A stretch of 64,000 nucleotides of DNA from Parasitella parasitica NRRL 2501 (GCA_025201805.1 MU619270.1:100172-164171); one strand, 5' to 3'. Counted from the first letter of the stretch, positions 1 through 11,844 are shown. A program made the numbers and translations. Notes: generated by a model from the letters alone, not told the origin.

Positions 1-739
1 ATTTAGGGCGAGGCAGAAAGTATAACACATTATTGTCATCTTGAAAGAGATGTATGTCAGAAACTGCCTCATTAATGGAATAGATGAGAGTGCAATATTG
101 AAATTTTTAGTTTGTCAAGTAAATGTATATTTATACATAATCCTCAGATCAAGTAGTTGCTAGATGTTTATGCTGCATAAGAGAAGATAATAGAAGAAGA
201 ACTCACATTGATTGCCCTATGAACCCAAGTAATATAATCAAAAACATTTACATTACCCAAGGTTTAATATATATAAAATAAAAATAAAATTATAAATATA
301 TTGTGCTTTTGTCAATGTTTCATGTATGCTATATAATAAAATATACGGCGACATATAATCTTAGATCTGATCAAGAACGGTTACCATGGGAACCTTGGTC
401 ATTCAATGGATTTGATCAGGAACGGTTATCATGACAACATATACACTTGAAAACAGTAAAACTTCATTTATTTTGAAGACTGGCAGCCTAGCAGAGCGAG
501 ATGGACCCCGCGTAAACGAAAGTCGATTTTTACCGTAGCGTAATGAAGGTGAAAAAATTATCAGAGTAGGCGGGGTGACCAGCTCACATTTATTGAAATA
601 TTACGAAGGTATAAAAGAAGTAGCTGTACATATTGCAGAATTCAACAAGGCAAAATTGAAAGATAAAAGGATAAAAAAAAAACAATGTGTGTATTGTATA
701 CCGTACAATGAAAGGGATTCTACAAGTGGTTTTTCATAC

Positions 740-3700
740 TTAAACAACTCTATTGATAGATCGAGAATCTTGCGTAGCCATGGTTCGGATAGTTGGGTAC
801 ATGCGCAGACCTGCAATATCAGGATTGAATGCTACAGGGTTCAGCTTCTGCCGGATTTTGATACGAATACAAGCGTAGGCAATGATGATAATACCAAAGC
901 CAAAACCAATCAACCAGAAGAGCGGCAGCAAGCGATAGTCGGTTCCAAATGGTATATTGAATGGAGGACAGTAAACGATTAAAGTAGCAAGAGCTACACC
1001 GCCAAAGATTCCAGCAAAGGCCTTCTTGTTGACAAGCACATATCTTCCGATTGGTATAGAAAAGCGAGTTTTGCAGGCAAACATGTTGAACATTTGCATC
1101 ACCATGATACTCCAATATACAATAGATTGAGCTTGGCCAAGAGCACGCTTTTGGGCGGCGGCGTCTAGCAGTTTCCCAGTGGCACTAAGGTAAGCCTGAG
1201 CATAGTTTGGGCCATTAGAAAAATAATATGTAGGCGCACCTGCACCACGCTGCATAATAACAGCATCATAAGGCGTGATACCGTTGTACCAAAGAACGAC
1301 AAAGTAACTAGTCAGATTACCGATAGCTTCAATTATACCAATTTCAAGGTACGCCCAAGACAACAGTGGTAGATCGACGAGGACTTCATTATCGTTCTTT
1401 TCAAATTTTTCCTTCCAATAACCAACACTAAAAAGTTCATGTAGAGTATAGTAAATACGACGCAAGAAAGGGGGACGAGTTTCCTCTCCTTCAGAATCGT
1501 ATTCAATATAGCGTTGACGACGGTGCAAGCTACGACGGTGGCGATCAATAGACTCGGGGCTCACTGGCTTGCGAGGCGGCATCTTCATCAAACCTCCGTC
1601 GGACTCTGGAGGGTCCCAAGCAAAGGTTAGAGCAGCAAAAAGTTCAAAGCCAAGGTCGATGACCAAAATAAGGATAGCAGACAATGGAAGAGGAAGAGGC
1701 ACAATCACATAGAGTAGGTTGGGAACAACTTCAGGCATAGAATGACTGATTGTGTACATGATGGATTTCTTTAAATTCACAAAGATCAAACGTCCTTCCT
1801 CAATACCGTGAATTATAGAAGCAAAGTTATCGTCTAGCAAAATCATAGCAGCAGCATCTTTTGAGACATCAGAGCCAGAAATATTCATAGCAATACCTAG
1901 ATCAGCCTTTTTCAACGCTGGAGCATCATTAACACCGTCACCAGTAACACCAACAATGTGCTGCATCGATTGAGCACGCTTAACAATCTCGAGCTTATGT
2001 TTAGGAGATGTCCGGGCAAATATAATTTCATCTTTGGAAAAGATGAGATCCCAATCGTCGTCGGTAAGGGAGTCTATTGAATTCCCGTGAATGACAATAC
2101 TGTTATATTCATTCTCGGGAATATCTTCTTCAGAACGATTCAACCTTTGAGCGGCCAATGCTTTGGTATCGCCCACCATCAAGTTGATTTTACGGCCAAT
2201 AGCTTCTGCTGTCAATGGGTGGTCGCCGGTTACCATCATGACTTTGATGCCAGCGGCTCTGCATTTGCCAATGGCTTCACGGACGCCGTGCTTTGGAGGG
2301 TCTTCAAGTGACACAAGGCCAACAAAGGTCATGCCAGACATGGGGTAGTTTTGGGCATTCTTGTCAAACACAAAGCCAGAAGGATACTCACTCTCGGAAA
2401 GCAGATCTTGAGCAAAAGCCAATACACGGTGGCCTTGACTGGCCATGTAAGAGTATGTTTCTTGGTATGCAGCACGGTGTTTCTCAGAAAGGGGGACAGA
2501 CGTGCCATCTTCCAGCAAGATACTGCTGCACAGATCAAGGACTCTTTCAGGAGCGCCTTTTACATACAGGGTCAGTGATCCGTTGGCGTGGCTTTTCTCA
2601 TGGATAGTCATGGCCCATTTATTGTCAGAATTGAAAGGGATCTCAAACACCTTGGGAAATTCGTCAGGAATAGAATCGAATTGGGCGCCTAAATGCTCAC
2701 CGGCAAAGCGAACAAGGCCAGTTTCTGTGGCATCACCAAGAATCTGACGTTGGGAAACAGGCACATCGACACGATCAAATTTGGCCTTCGAGTTAAGGGT
2801 AGAGATGTTGATGATCTCACAAACACCGGGCTCTTCGACAATAGGTCGTTGTTGATTCTGTTTGTCCATTGCATTCTTCAGAGTGAGGCATGTCCAGATA
2901 TAGGTTACAGTCATTTGGTTACGAGTAAGCGTGCCAGTTTTATCTGTTGCCAAAAGTGTAATGGCGCCCAATGTCTCGACACCTTGCAGATCTTTGACAA
3001 GGACGTTTCTAGCTGCCATGCGTTTTGCAGAGATAGTCAAAAGAATGGTGACTGTAGCAGGCAGCCCCTCAGGAACCCAGGCAACGAACACAGAGATGGC
3101 AAAGTTCAGTGTAAGTGAAACATTGTAGTTGTTTACAGGGAAGCCAATACCAAAGAAAATGGCTGCTGTGCATAAAGCAATTGAAGCAATGATCTTGACA
3201 AACTTGGATATCTGTATAGTATAAATGAAGATTAGTTTTATGGCTAAACCCCTGTTTTCTTGCTTGCGCTTGTCTATATACCTCTTGTGAAAGTGGTGAT
3301 GTTGATTTCACTTCACCTGCAGTTAAACCAGCAATTTGGCCGAGCACAGTGCCATCGCCGGTGCGAACGACAATACCGTAACCTTCGCCTGAAACAGCCA
3401 ACGTGCCATTAAAAAGAATATTCTCAGCCTCGAATACGTTCTTTTGAGTATTTCTTGCTCTTCGCTCTTGCGGATCAGACTCACCAGTTAGAGGCGAGTT
3501 ATCCACTTTGAGATCAGATGCAGAGAACACAAAGAGATCAGCAGGTATCTTATTTCCCATCCGCACCAGCACAACATCACCAACAACCAAGTTGACAGCA
3601 TCAATTTGCTCTACTTTTGAATCACGAATCACCATACATTTAGCAGGAACCATATTCATAAAAGAATTTAGCAAAGCTTGTGATTTCTGCTCTTGATAAA

Positions 3701-4359
3701 ATTCGATAAAGGCGTTTAGCAAGGCGACGCCGATGAGAATGGCGCCCAAGTATGTCTATATACGCGTTACAAATTATTGTGAGCAAATATAAGAACCAAC
3801 TCTTTATACTTGTATATACTTACATTGGGAAAGTTCCCTTTAAAGTCAATTGCCAGCAGAATGTAATTAAGCACACCAGCCAATATCAAGAGAAGGTTAA
3901 ACAGTTTGATAACGCAATCAAGGTATTTCAGTATTGGATGTCTTTTCTTGGGAGGTGTCAGTTGGTTAGGACCAGTTTCAGACAAAACACGAGCAGCCTG
4001 TTGAGCAGTAAGACCATGAGAATCAGAAGCCTTTTTTGTGTTGATATCTGTTTGGTACTTTGCAGCGCATTCTTCGAGTGTAAGTAGATGCTCAGTCTAC
4101 ATTGAATTGTAATTAACACTACATCGAGATGTAGATGGGTGAAGACATAACTTACAATATCAACGTTCTTCTTGCTTTCTTTAGCCTTTTTCTGAGGGCG
4201 TTTAGGAGCAGTAACGGAGGGTCTACGAGAAGCAGTGGTATCAATGGTCTGAATTGTCCTTGTTCTCTCCGGGCGGTGAGCTCTAGCAAATTTGATCTTG
4301 TTGGCATCTTCAACGGTTACAACCGCAACTTTGTCTTCATTTTGTGATTTCTCATCCAT
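740..4359 (-). CDS. P-type ATPase, type IIC-like (Na+/K+- or H+/K+-ATPase alpha-subunit-like), 4 exons
   Basis: Exons 4359-4156, 4096-3824, 3755-3282 and 3211-740 join in frame through GT..AG introns. Motifs: LTGES, VPEGL, DKTGTLT (phosphorylated Asp), KGAPE, TGDHP, GDGVNDAPA, plus GPNQLTPP and CKTR typical of type IIC pumps. Confidence 0.92.
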
Positions 4360-5696
4360 TTATAAGCAGATTTATTATAGAAATAATGAAGAGAAGAAAG
4401 AAAAAGAAACATTTACTGTAAGCTTTTATAGGATGTACCAGTTTCGATCCACCTAGCATGCGCTTTTTTCGCCAAAGGATATATTGACAGTGGCGCGTTG
4501 TCCTATTGTCACTCGCAAAGCGTATCCACGTTGCTCTTGTACCTTCCCGTGTGTCAGAATAAGCTATTAAAAGCCTTTTTGGGAGCAGAGAAAAAAGAGG
4601 TATTTATCATTCAGTGCGACATACTTACATTCATGCATAAACAAACACATCATCCTCAACACCATTCGCTGTAGATCACCAGGATTTCTATTAAACCCCA
4701 AGTAAAAGAAAACTACGTACGCAGTTTAAGATCTGCAAGTATCTATACAAGAAACTGATAAAACGAGCGACACATGATTGCATACATTATTGTAACGAGA
4801 TAGCAAATCAAGCCAATCGCCTTTAAGACTCATTAAGCTTTTGCGTTGCACAAAATCAAAAATGGCAAAAATGAGCTATTTACTCAAATTATTTCAGTTG
4901 TTCTAAATTGGTACAAATACTGTGTCCCTACAATGTTTGTCATATAGCAAGTTGGGGGGGGGGGAGTTATAGTAGTATTAGAACCGTTGAAACGCTCAAG
5001 TCATGACATTTACTTTGAAGTCTTAAATTACAATTTACGCTCTCAAGTTATCCTGTTGCCTCCAAAATAAAGATATACAGGAAAAAAGAGAAACTATACC
5101 ACACTAAGGAAGCTAGCTAGTTATTGAGCGCTGTCTTCTTTGATAAGTCTCATTTCCGTCTTGGAGTTTATGGTGCAGCCAGCCATGAATGACATACCTT
5201 TACTCAAGTATGGGGGACAAGAAACCACCAGTTCAAAAAGTCAGGGCACTTGAACCACTCGAAACCCGAACATGAATCTCATTAAAACATGATCAGAATT
5301 ATACTAGACACAAATATCAAACATTGTCTACTTGGCAGTATTCATCTGTGGATGTCAGAGCCACGTTGTTGAGATATATGATGTACATGTGCAGATACAA
5401 CTGGAATGTGATGTTGTATGCCTGATTCTATATTTAATTGTGGTACGCTTTGTATGCATAATACAATATTGGCAACAGGATTTGCACTTTCAAGTATTCA
5501 TGCACACAGGCCTGAAACGTGGGGTTGACCTAAGTGTGTCCATGTATGATCTCATCTATTCCTAAATTTGATTAATGAGTAACCTTGGCAATTTAGGGTT
5601 TATTAGACGTTTGACAATGAATTTTTATAGCTTATGATCCACCATGTAGACCTATTTGAGTGCTAGCGCTATATATGAAAGATGAAACGTTCAATA

Positions 5697-5872
5697 CAGT
5701 GCGGCCGGGAAATATTGTCCGTTTTACAAAAATAAATGGCGATTACAAAAAAATATTTGTCGTTTACCAGAAAATAAATGGCGCTAACTAGAAAATGATC
5801 GGCCGTTTCTCAATTTTTATTGGCCATTTCTCAGATTTACTATGGCCGTTTTACGAATTCACTTTGTCGGTT
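5697..5872. repeat. Left terminal inverted repeat (176 bp)
   Basis: Reverse complement of 7395-7570. Confidence 0.95.
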
Positions 5873-5928
5873 TACTAGACTGTTCTGTTCGCTATGTTGT
5901 AGAAGCATGGACGTAAGCCAACTAACTC

Positions 5929-7350
5929 TTAGAATTCTGTTTTATTCAGGCAATTGATGATTTGGCGCTTCGAGTGTCTACAAAATCCACGGAGATCACT
6001 TACGCGTACATCGTTGCACGCATCAGCAATTCTTTGTGATAAGTTCTCTTCGCTTAGCAGCCTATGGCGCTTCATCTTTCCTTTTACAATGGCCCAAAAC
6101 TGCTCAATTGGGTTCAGTTCTGGAGAATAAGGAGGTAGATACATCACTCGATATCCTCTGCTCTCAATCTTTCTCATCATTGGATGCGACTTATGAATAG
6201 TACAATTATCCATAACAAGGTAACTGCCCTTCAGATTTGCATCCATGTCCATAATATCGAGAAGCTCATTCATGAATTTCACAAAGTGAGCTGTGGTTGT
6301 ACCTTTGGAAGGCGGCTTGGTTTCTTCTTTCTCAACTTCCACATACTCTATGGTGGGCTCCTCAATGACAATCCCTCCTGTCTGCTCTTTGCCCCTCGCA
6401 AGCTTTCTTTTCTTTGACTTCTCTGCTTGAATTGTTTGAGGCTTCTGTCCTCTTGGCTTTCTTGGTGGAGGCTTTTTCATGACAACGTGAAGAACACTAG
6501 AAGAATGAATGGCGCCAATGATAGTATGTGAGGGGGAGCGAGTCTTTGCAATATCAACAATGGCAGGTGTTCCTACTGCTGATCTAGCCCAATTGCTCCT
6601 CATGTTGATATTGAATCCAGCCTCATCAATGAAGACGCAGTTTGTGCCGTAATCAAGATCAGAATCCTTCCAATTCATGAACCATTCATATCGTTTTTGC
6701 AAGTTTTCGGGAGAGTTTCTCGCCTTGGGGTCGAAGGTTGGCTTCTTGATGGATATGAGCATATTGTTCCTCAGATGATCATTCATTTGAGACTTCGAGA
6801 TTTTGAAGTCTTCAAACTTGGATGTCAACATATCAATGATATCGTCAGCACAAAGCTGCGAGTCTTTTTCAATAACATCCTGGATATACTTCTCATGTTC
6901 TCCAGTAAAGGAACTGGGTCTGCCTGCGTTTTTTTCAGATTTCTTGTAGGCTACCTCACCCGTCTCGTTATAGTGCTTCCACCAACGCATAGCGGTACGA
7001 GGGTTTATACCCAGCTCTTTCGCTGCTGCTGTTACCCTTCCTCTTTCCACAGGGCCTTCAAGCATTCTTTCAATAAATGTTTCTCTTGTGAGATCATTGT
7101 GCTGCTTGTAAGCGCGGTCCGAGACATATTTAGCAACTTTGAAAGGCTTTACAGAAACATCTTTCATAATGACTTCTTTGTCTTGTGGTTTAAGGGCCAA
7201 ATATGCTTTCTGGCTGGTAATCGTTTCAAGCACTATGTTGGGATCATTTATATTCGTCAATACATCTTCCATTGGATCAATAACCCGCTCTCCACGCTCA
7301 TCATAGATGTTTTCTTGACCGTCTTCATAATAAAATGTATTTCTACTCAT
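5929..7350 (-). CDS. DD34E transposase, 473 aa
   Basis: N-terminal HTH-like segment (AAKELGINPRTAMRWW), then FIDEAGF, VMDNCTIH and YSPELNPIEQFW. There are 34 residues between the second D and the E. Confidence 0.95.
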   Translation of the reverse strand: MSRNTFYYEDGQENIYDERGERVIDPMEDVLTNINDPNIVLETITSQKAYLALKPQDKEVIMKDVSVKPFKVAKYVSDRAYKQHNDLTRETFIERMLEGPVERGRVTAAAKELGINPRTAMRWWKHYNETGEVAYKKSEKNAGRPSSFTGEHEKYIQDVIEKDSQLCADDIIDMLTSKFEDFKISKSQMNDHLRNNMLISIKKPTFDPKARNSPENLQKRYEWFMNWKDSDLDYGTNCVFIDEAGFNINMRSNWARSAVGTPAIVDIAKTRSPSHTIIGAIHSSSVLHVVMKKPPPRKPRGQKPQTIQAEKSKKRKLARGKEQTGGIVIEEPTIEYVEVEKEETKPPSKGTTTAHFVKFMNELLDIMDMDANLKGSYLVMDNCTIHKSHPMMRKIESRGYRVMYLPPYSPELNPIEQFWAIVKGKMKRHRLLSEENLSQRIADACNDVRVSDLRGFCRHSKRQIINCLNKTEF

Positions 7351-7394
7351 ATTGTTTAGTTACAAAAGTGAAGAAAAGACAGTTACATCATGGC

Positions 7395-7570
7395 AACCGA
7401 CAAAGTGAATTCGTAAAACGGCCATAGTAAATCTGAGAAATGGCCAATAAAAATTGAGAAACGGCCGATCATTTTCTAGTTAGCGCCATTTATTTTCTGG
7501 TAAACGACAAATATTTTTTTGTAATCGCCATTTATTTTTGTAAAACGGACAATATTTCCCGGCCGCACTG
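7395..7570. repeat. Right terminal inverted repeat (176 bp)
   Basis: Reverse complement of 5697-5872. Confidence 0.95.
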
Positions 7571-8520
7571 TAGCATGTATGGCAGAAATTTATGGGAGGT
7601 TTTTTCTTTTAATTTAGTGAAGCTAGAGAAACTTTTACCACCTCCATATGAAACGCATTGAAACGTAGCTCATTCATCATTGTAATTACTCTGCAAATAA
7701 TGTATATAATATTTGTTTGCAATCAGTACCCAACTTTTACTTATCACAATAACTTATCACAATATGATAGGCAAACATGATATAATTACAGTAATGCTCA
7801 GTTATATTAGCACTGTATATAACTACCATTTGTTGCAAAGCTAATGACACTCGAGCAGTTCATTTTACATAAACTGCATTTCTATCTACGAACAGCACAA
7901 CTTTTATACTCAAATTAGCTGTATGGAATACGCTCTTTTATCTTTCGATAGTATATAGGATACTCAAAAATGAAACTTACATTTTTTGCGTTTATAGCAT
8001 AGACCTCGTTGAGGCGTATCCAAAGTGAGTAGCTTCTTGAAAAATGCTCATTATTGAGATAGAAGCATCTCTGCCTGGGTTATTATGATTTCAGAACTTT
8101 AAAGAAATTATGTATCAAAAAAATATTATTGCAATGCTGATATCCATGCTATCACCTCAATGCAATTTCCACCTAGTACAGATAAAGTAATTGATAAAGA
8201 CATGAAATCAAGGTATACAGCAGTAAGTATTGCAACCGTGATAAAAGCACTGGATAACATAAACTCTACATTTTGCATTCCATCACTTTTTAAACTTTTA
8301 AACAGCAGTTTTTAATTTTCAAATCATTGTACACATCTTTGGAGTAAACGGAAAAAACTTTGTTCGCACAGAATATCGGAATATCACTTGCAAAATATTC
8401 GGGATGAGCGGTCTAGACATTAAGCGAAGCATTTTCATCAGCGGAAGTGAATGGCTGTCCCCTATTAAATTTCAGTAACAAGTGTCTTTTTTCTCTTCTC
8501 CATACTTTTCTATACTCAAC

Positions 8521-9298
8521 ATGTCGAATTTAACTGATGATTGCCTTTTCTGTAAAATTATCAGGTAATCCCATCTGCAGCAAAAGAAAAAAAGAAGAGG
8601 TGGTTCTCATTATATACTTACTTTATAAAGGGGTGAAATTGGTTCCTTGAAGATTATCGAGACTGATAAAAGGTAAATTTAGTATGTCTTGTCGAATTCG
8701 ACACATCTAATACGCGATGTAGCTACTCTTTCCTCGATATTAACCCTTTGAGCGAAGGCCATGCTGTAAGTTGTTGGTTATTACGCACGATACGGCAAAA
8801 ACATTAACATGTTTTTCATCTATAGCTTGTTATCCCCAAGTGTAAGCCTACTTTTCAGGCACAGTAGAGATGCGGCTGACACCCGTTTTATATTTAAATA
8901 GATCACGCCGAGTTTTTCCATCAAGTTCCTGACGACATTCTCGCTGATATGCTGCCCTTGGCCAAGAAGGTCGCACTCGCCATTGGCTTGAAGGAAGGTC
9001 AATACAATCTATTGCAGGCAAGTAAATGGTAGTGCAGTATACAGATGAATTTCGGTTCTAATTGGCTATTAAATGCATACAGAACAATGGCAAAATGGCT
9101 CACCAGGTAGCATGCACTCTTTGAGACATTTGTAACGCAACTAACATGTTTTCTCTTTTATAGCAAGTTCCTCATGTTCATTTTCACATTATTCCTAAGC
9201 CTGATGCTGAGCAAGGTCTCCAGATTGGATGGCCTCAACAAAAAGTTGAGCAAGATGATCTCAAAAAGACCCTGGATCGCATCAAGGAAAAGTTGTAA
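8521..9298 (+). CDS. HNT1: HIT-family nucleotide-binding protein (adenosine 5'-monophosphoramidase, Hint/Hnt1), 7 exons, 139 aa
   Basis: Manually spliced exons 8521-8564, 8631-8672, 8723-8765, 8826-8841, 8902-9017, 9083-9106 and 9164-9298 total 420 nt. Product: MSNLTDDCLFCKIIRGEI...FLDINPLSEGHALVIPKYH...YNLLQNNGKMAHQQVPHVHFHIIP (HxHxH motif). Intron 5 uses a GC donor. Confidence 0.93.
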
Positions 9299-9645
9299 CA
9301 TACGCACTCCAACGAATAAAACCATCTGCGTTATAGGTTTGCCATGTTTTGGATAGCCGCGCATTATAGTAGGAATCTTTACGACTTGCCTTTTGCAGGC
9401 GGATGTACATAGAATCACCGTGTACAGGTTCATCCAAATACTGAACCACCGTGCCAAACTACCTCGAATGAGCCAGTTCTATTGGATCGAACCGTGGGTA
9501 AAGTGACCATCCTGAAAAAAAAAAAAAAAAAAAAAAATGAGATTCTACCGAAAATGCACTGCAAAAGGCATATAAAATGAGCTTTCTTTCCTTTTAACAT
9601 CTCGTTGTTTTTCTTCTTACACTCAACACAAGCAATTTTCAACAA

Positions 9646-11677
9646 ATGTTGGCTTTGAAAAAGTTGTCGACTCTGCTAACGACTGTTGCTCAACCAGCTC
9701 TCCATCGCCAATTGAGGAGCTATCCGTTGATTCGAGGCCGCACTGTGATTGTACCACAGTATCAGACGCTGAAGCGCTACACCACCACTACTTCCAACGC
9801 GGCTGAAGCAGAGGACAGCTCTGCCGCCGCCGCCGCCGCCGCCGCAGAAAACACAAACGACCATCATGCTGTGGTCTCTACATTTGATCTGTTCTCGATT
9901 GGCGTAGGGCCATCCTCCTCTCACACTGTCGGCCCAATGCGTGCAGCCAAGATTTTCATTACGGATTTGAAGGAACACAAGGTTCTGGACAAAGTAGCAA
10001 CTCTTCGAGTAGGTAATGTATCAAAGTCTCTATTAATAGCTATCTTTCCGGACGATATATGATAAGGCAATTGATTATCGTCATGGATCCGAGGAAGCAG
10101 AAGCCTATCTTTTCCCTCTGCTATATGACTAAATGCGGAAAATTAACCTCCCTTTTTTTCCTTGTTTGAATTAGATTTATTTGGATCCCTTGCTTTGACA
10201 GGCGTAGGTCATGGTACTCCCGAAGCTGTGCTCATGGGCATTGAAGGTGAGAGTCCTGACAAGGTCGAAACATCCACTATCCTATCCCGCGTAAAAGACA
10301 TCCAAACAAACAAGTCCATTCGCTTGGATGGATCCCATCGCATCACGTTTGACTACGAGAAAAACATGGTCTTCAACTATTTCAAGACTCTGCCACAGCA
10401 CCCCAACGGCCTCCGTTTTTGTGCATATGACAAGGACTCCAACCTGGTGGCTACTAACGAATACTTTAGTATCGGCGGTGGTTTTGTTGTCAATGCTGAA
10501 ACTCAGCTGGATCACGGTGAAAATGTCTACTACAAGCAGATCAACAAGAAGGATGCCGTCGTCGCTGAACGCCGTGAGCAAGACATCGCCGTTGTATCGT
10601 TGCCCTTCCGCAACTCAGAGGAGCTGTTGGCCGTCTGTAAGCGTGAAAACATGACAATCGCCCAAGTCGTTTTTGAAAACGAGTTGAAATGGAGTACTCC
10701 TCAGGAAATTAGAGAGAAACTTTTACGAATCTGGAACACCATGGACGATAGTATTCGCAATGGCGTTATGGCTTCTCCTGACGACTATTTGCCCGGCTCT
10801 CTCCGTGTAAAACGTCGTGCGCCTAGATTATACAACAAGCTTTTGAAAGGTTTGTATGGCGCCCCTTTGAATCAGACTGGTGGCTACAGTCAGTCTTATA
10901 TACCTGCAAATGGATCCCAAGAAGAACCTGCAATGGCCCCTCTGTCTGACAATGGCCGTTCGCAGCATCCTCTTGCGCTTACATTTTTACCAAAAAAACC
11001 CAAAAAGAAGTTTGTCTTGCCTGCTCTCGACTATCTCTCTGTCTACGCCATTGCTGTCAATGAAGAAAACGCTTGTGGTGGTCGTGTAGTAACAGCTCCT
11101 ACTAATGGTGCTGCCGGTACTATTCCTTCTGTCCTGAAATACTATCTTGAGTTCATCTCGGAGAACCCTGAAAGAGATGTCATGGAATTCTTGCTGACAA
11201 CCTCTGCTATCGGCATGTTGTTCAAACGTGGTGCCAGTATATCAGGTAAATATGCAGTATACTTTCTTGCAACTGACAATCGCAACTTTGACTCTAATAC
11301 ATGTCTTTACAGCTGCTGAGGTCGGTTGTCAAGGTGAGGTTGGCGTGGCTTGTTCAATGGCTGCGGCTGGCTTTACTGCTGTTATGGGCGGTTCCGTAGA
11401 CCAGGTTGAGAATGCTGCTGAAATCGGGATGGAGCATAACTTGGGTTTGACCTGTGACCCAATTGGCGGTCTTGTTCAGGTACCATGTATTGAACGTAAT
11501 GCACTTGCTGCTGTCAAGGCTATTGCTGCTGCTCAATTGGCTTTAAATGGTGAAGGCGATCATCGTGTTTCGCTTGATCAAGTCATTGAAACTATGCGCC
11601 AAACCGGTGTTGATATGATGTCCAAATACAAGGAGACCAGCCAAGGCGGTTTAGCTGTTAATGTTCCTTTGTGTTAA
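9646..11677 (+). CDS. Iron-sulfur-dependent L-serine dehydratase (SdaA-type, single chain) with N-terminal presequence, 3 exons
   Basis: Exons 9646-10012, 10175-11245 and 11313-11677. Motifs: [54 protein letters not shown], and three Fe-S cysteines in [13 protein letters not shown] and VPCIERN. Confidence 0.93.
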
Positions 11678-11844
11678 TATAGAAGCGGCTTTCATCATAT
11701 ACAAACATACACTTTATAACTCAATTCATGCAATTCCTCTCTTTCAGACATACATATTTTACTTGTTTTATTTATTTATTTATCTACATAAACATGTTTT
11801 TACGACATTTTGTTTAAGTTTTTCCTTTTATGTTGACATATAAT

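Larger units (their letters stand above)
5697..7570 (-). mobile_element. Complete Tc1/mariner-IS630 superfamily DNA transposon (DD34E)
   Basis: 176-bp TIRs at 5697-5872 and 7395-7570 (CAGTGCGGCCGGGAAATATT...), perfect by eye. TA on both flanks (5695-5696, 7571-7572). One intact transposase ORF inside. Confidence 0.96.

Noticed and set aside
368-432. Near-direct 21-bp repeat TGATCA(A/G)GAACGGTTA(C/T)CATG x2
   Set aside because: Only two copies with no associated feature; most likely a small local duplication and not a CRISPR-like array.
575-982. 135-aa plus-strand ORF
   Set aside because: GTG start, mostly antisense to the ATPase 3' end, and no recognisable motif.
6697-7359. 220-aa ORF antisense to the transposase
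   Set aside because: Non-ATG start, fully overlapping the transposase, no motif; treated as a shadow ORF.
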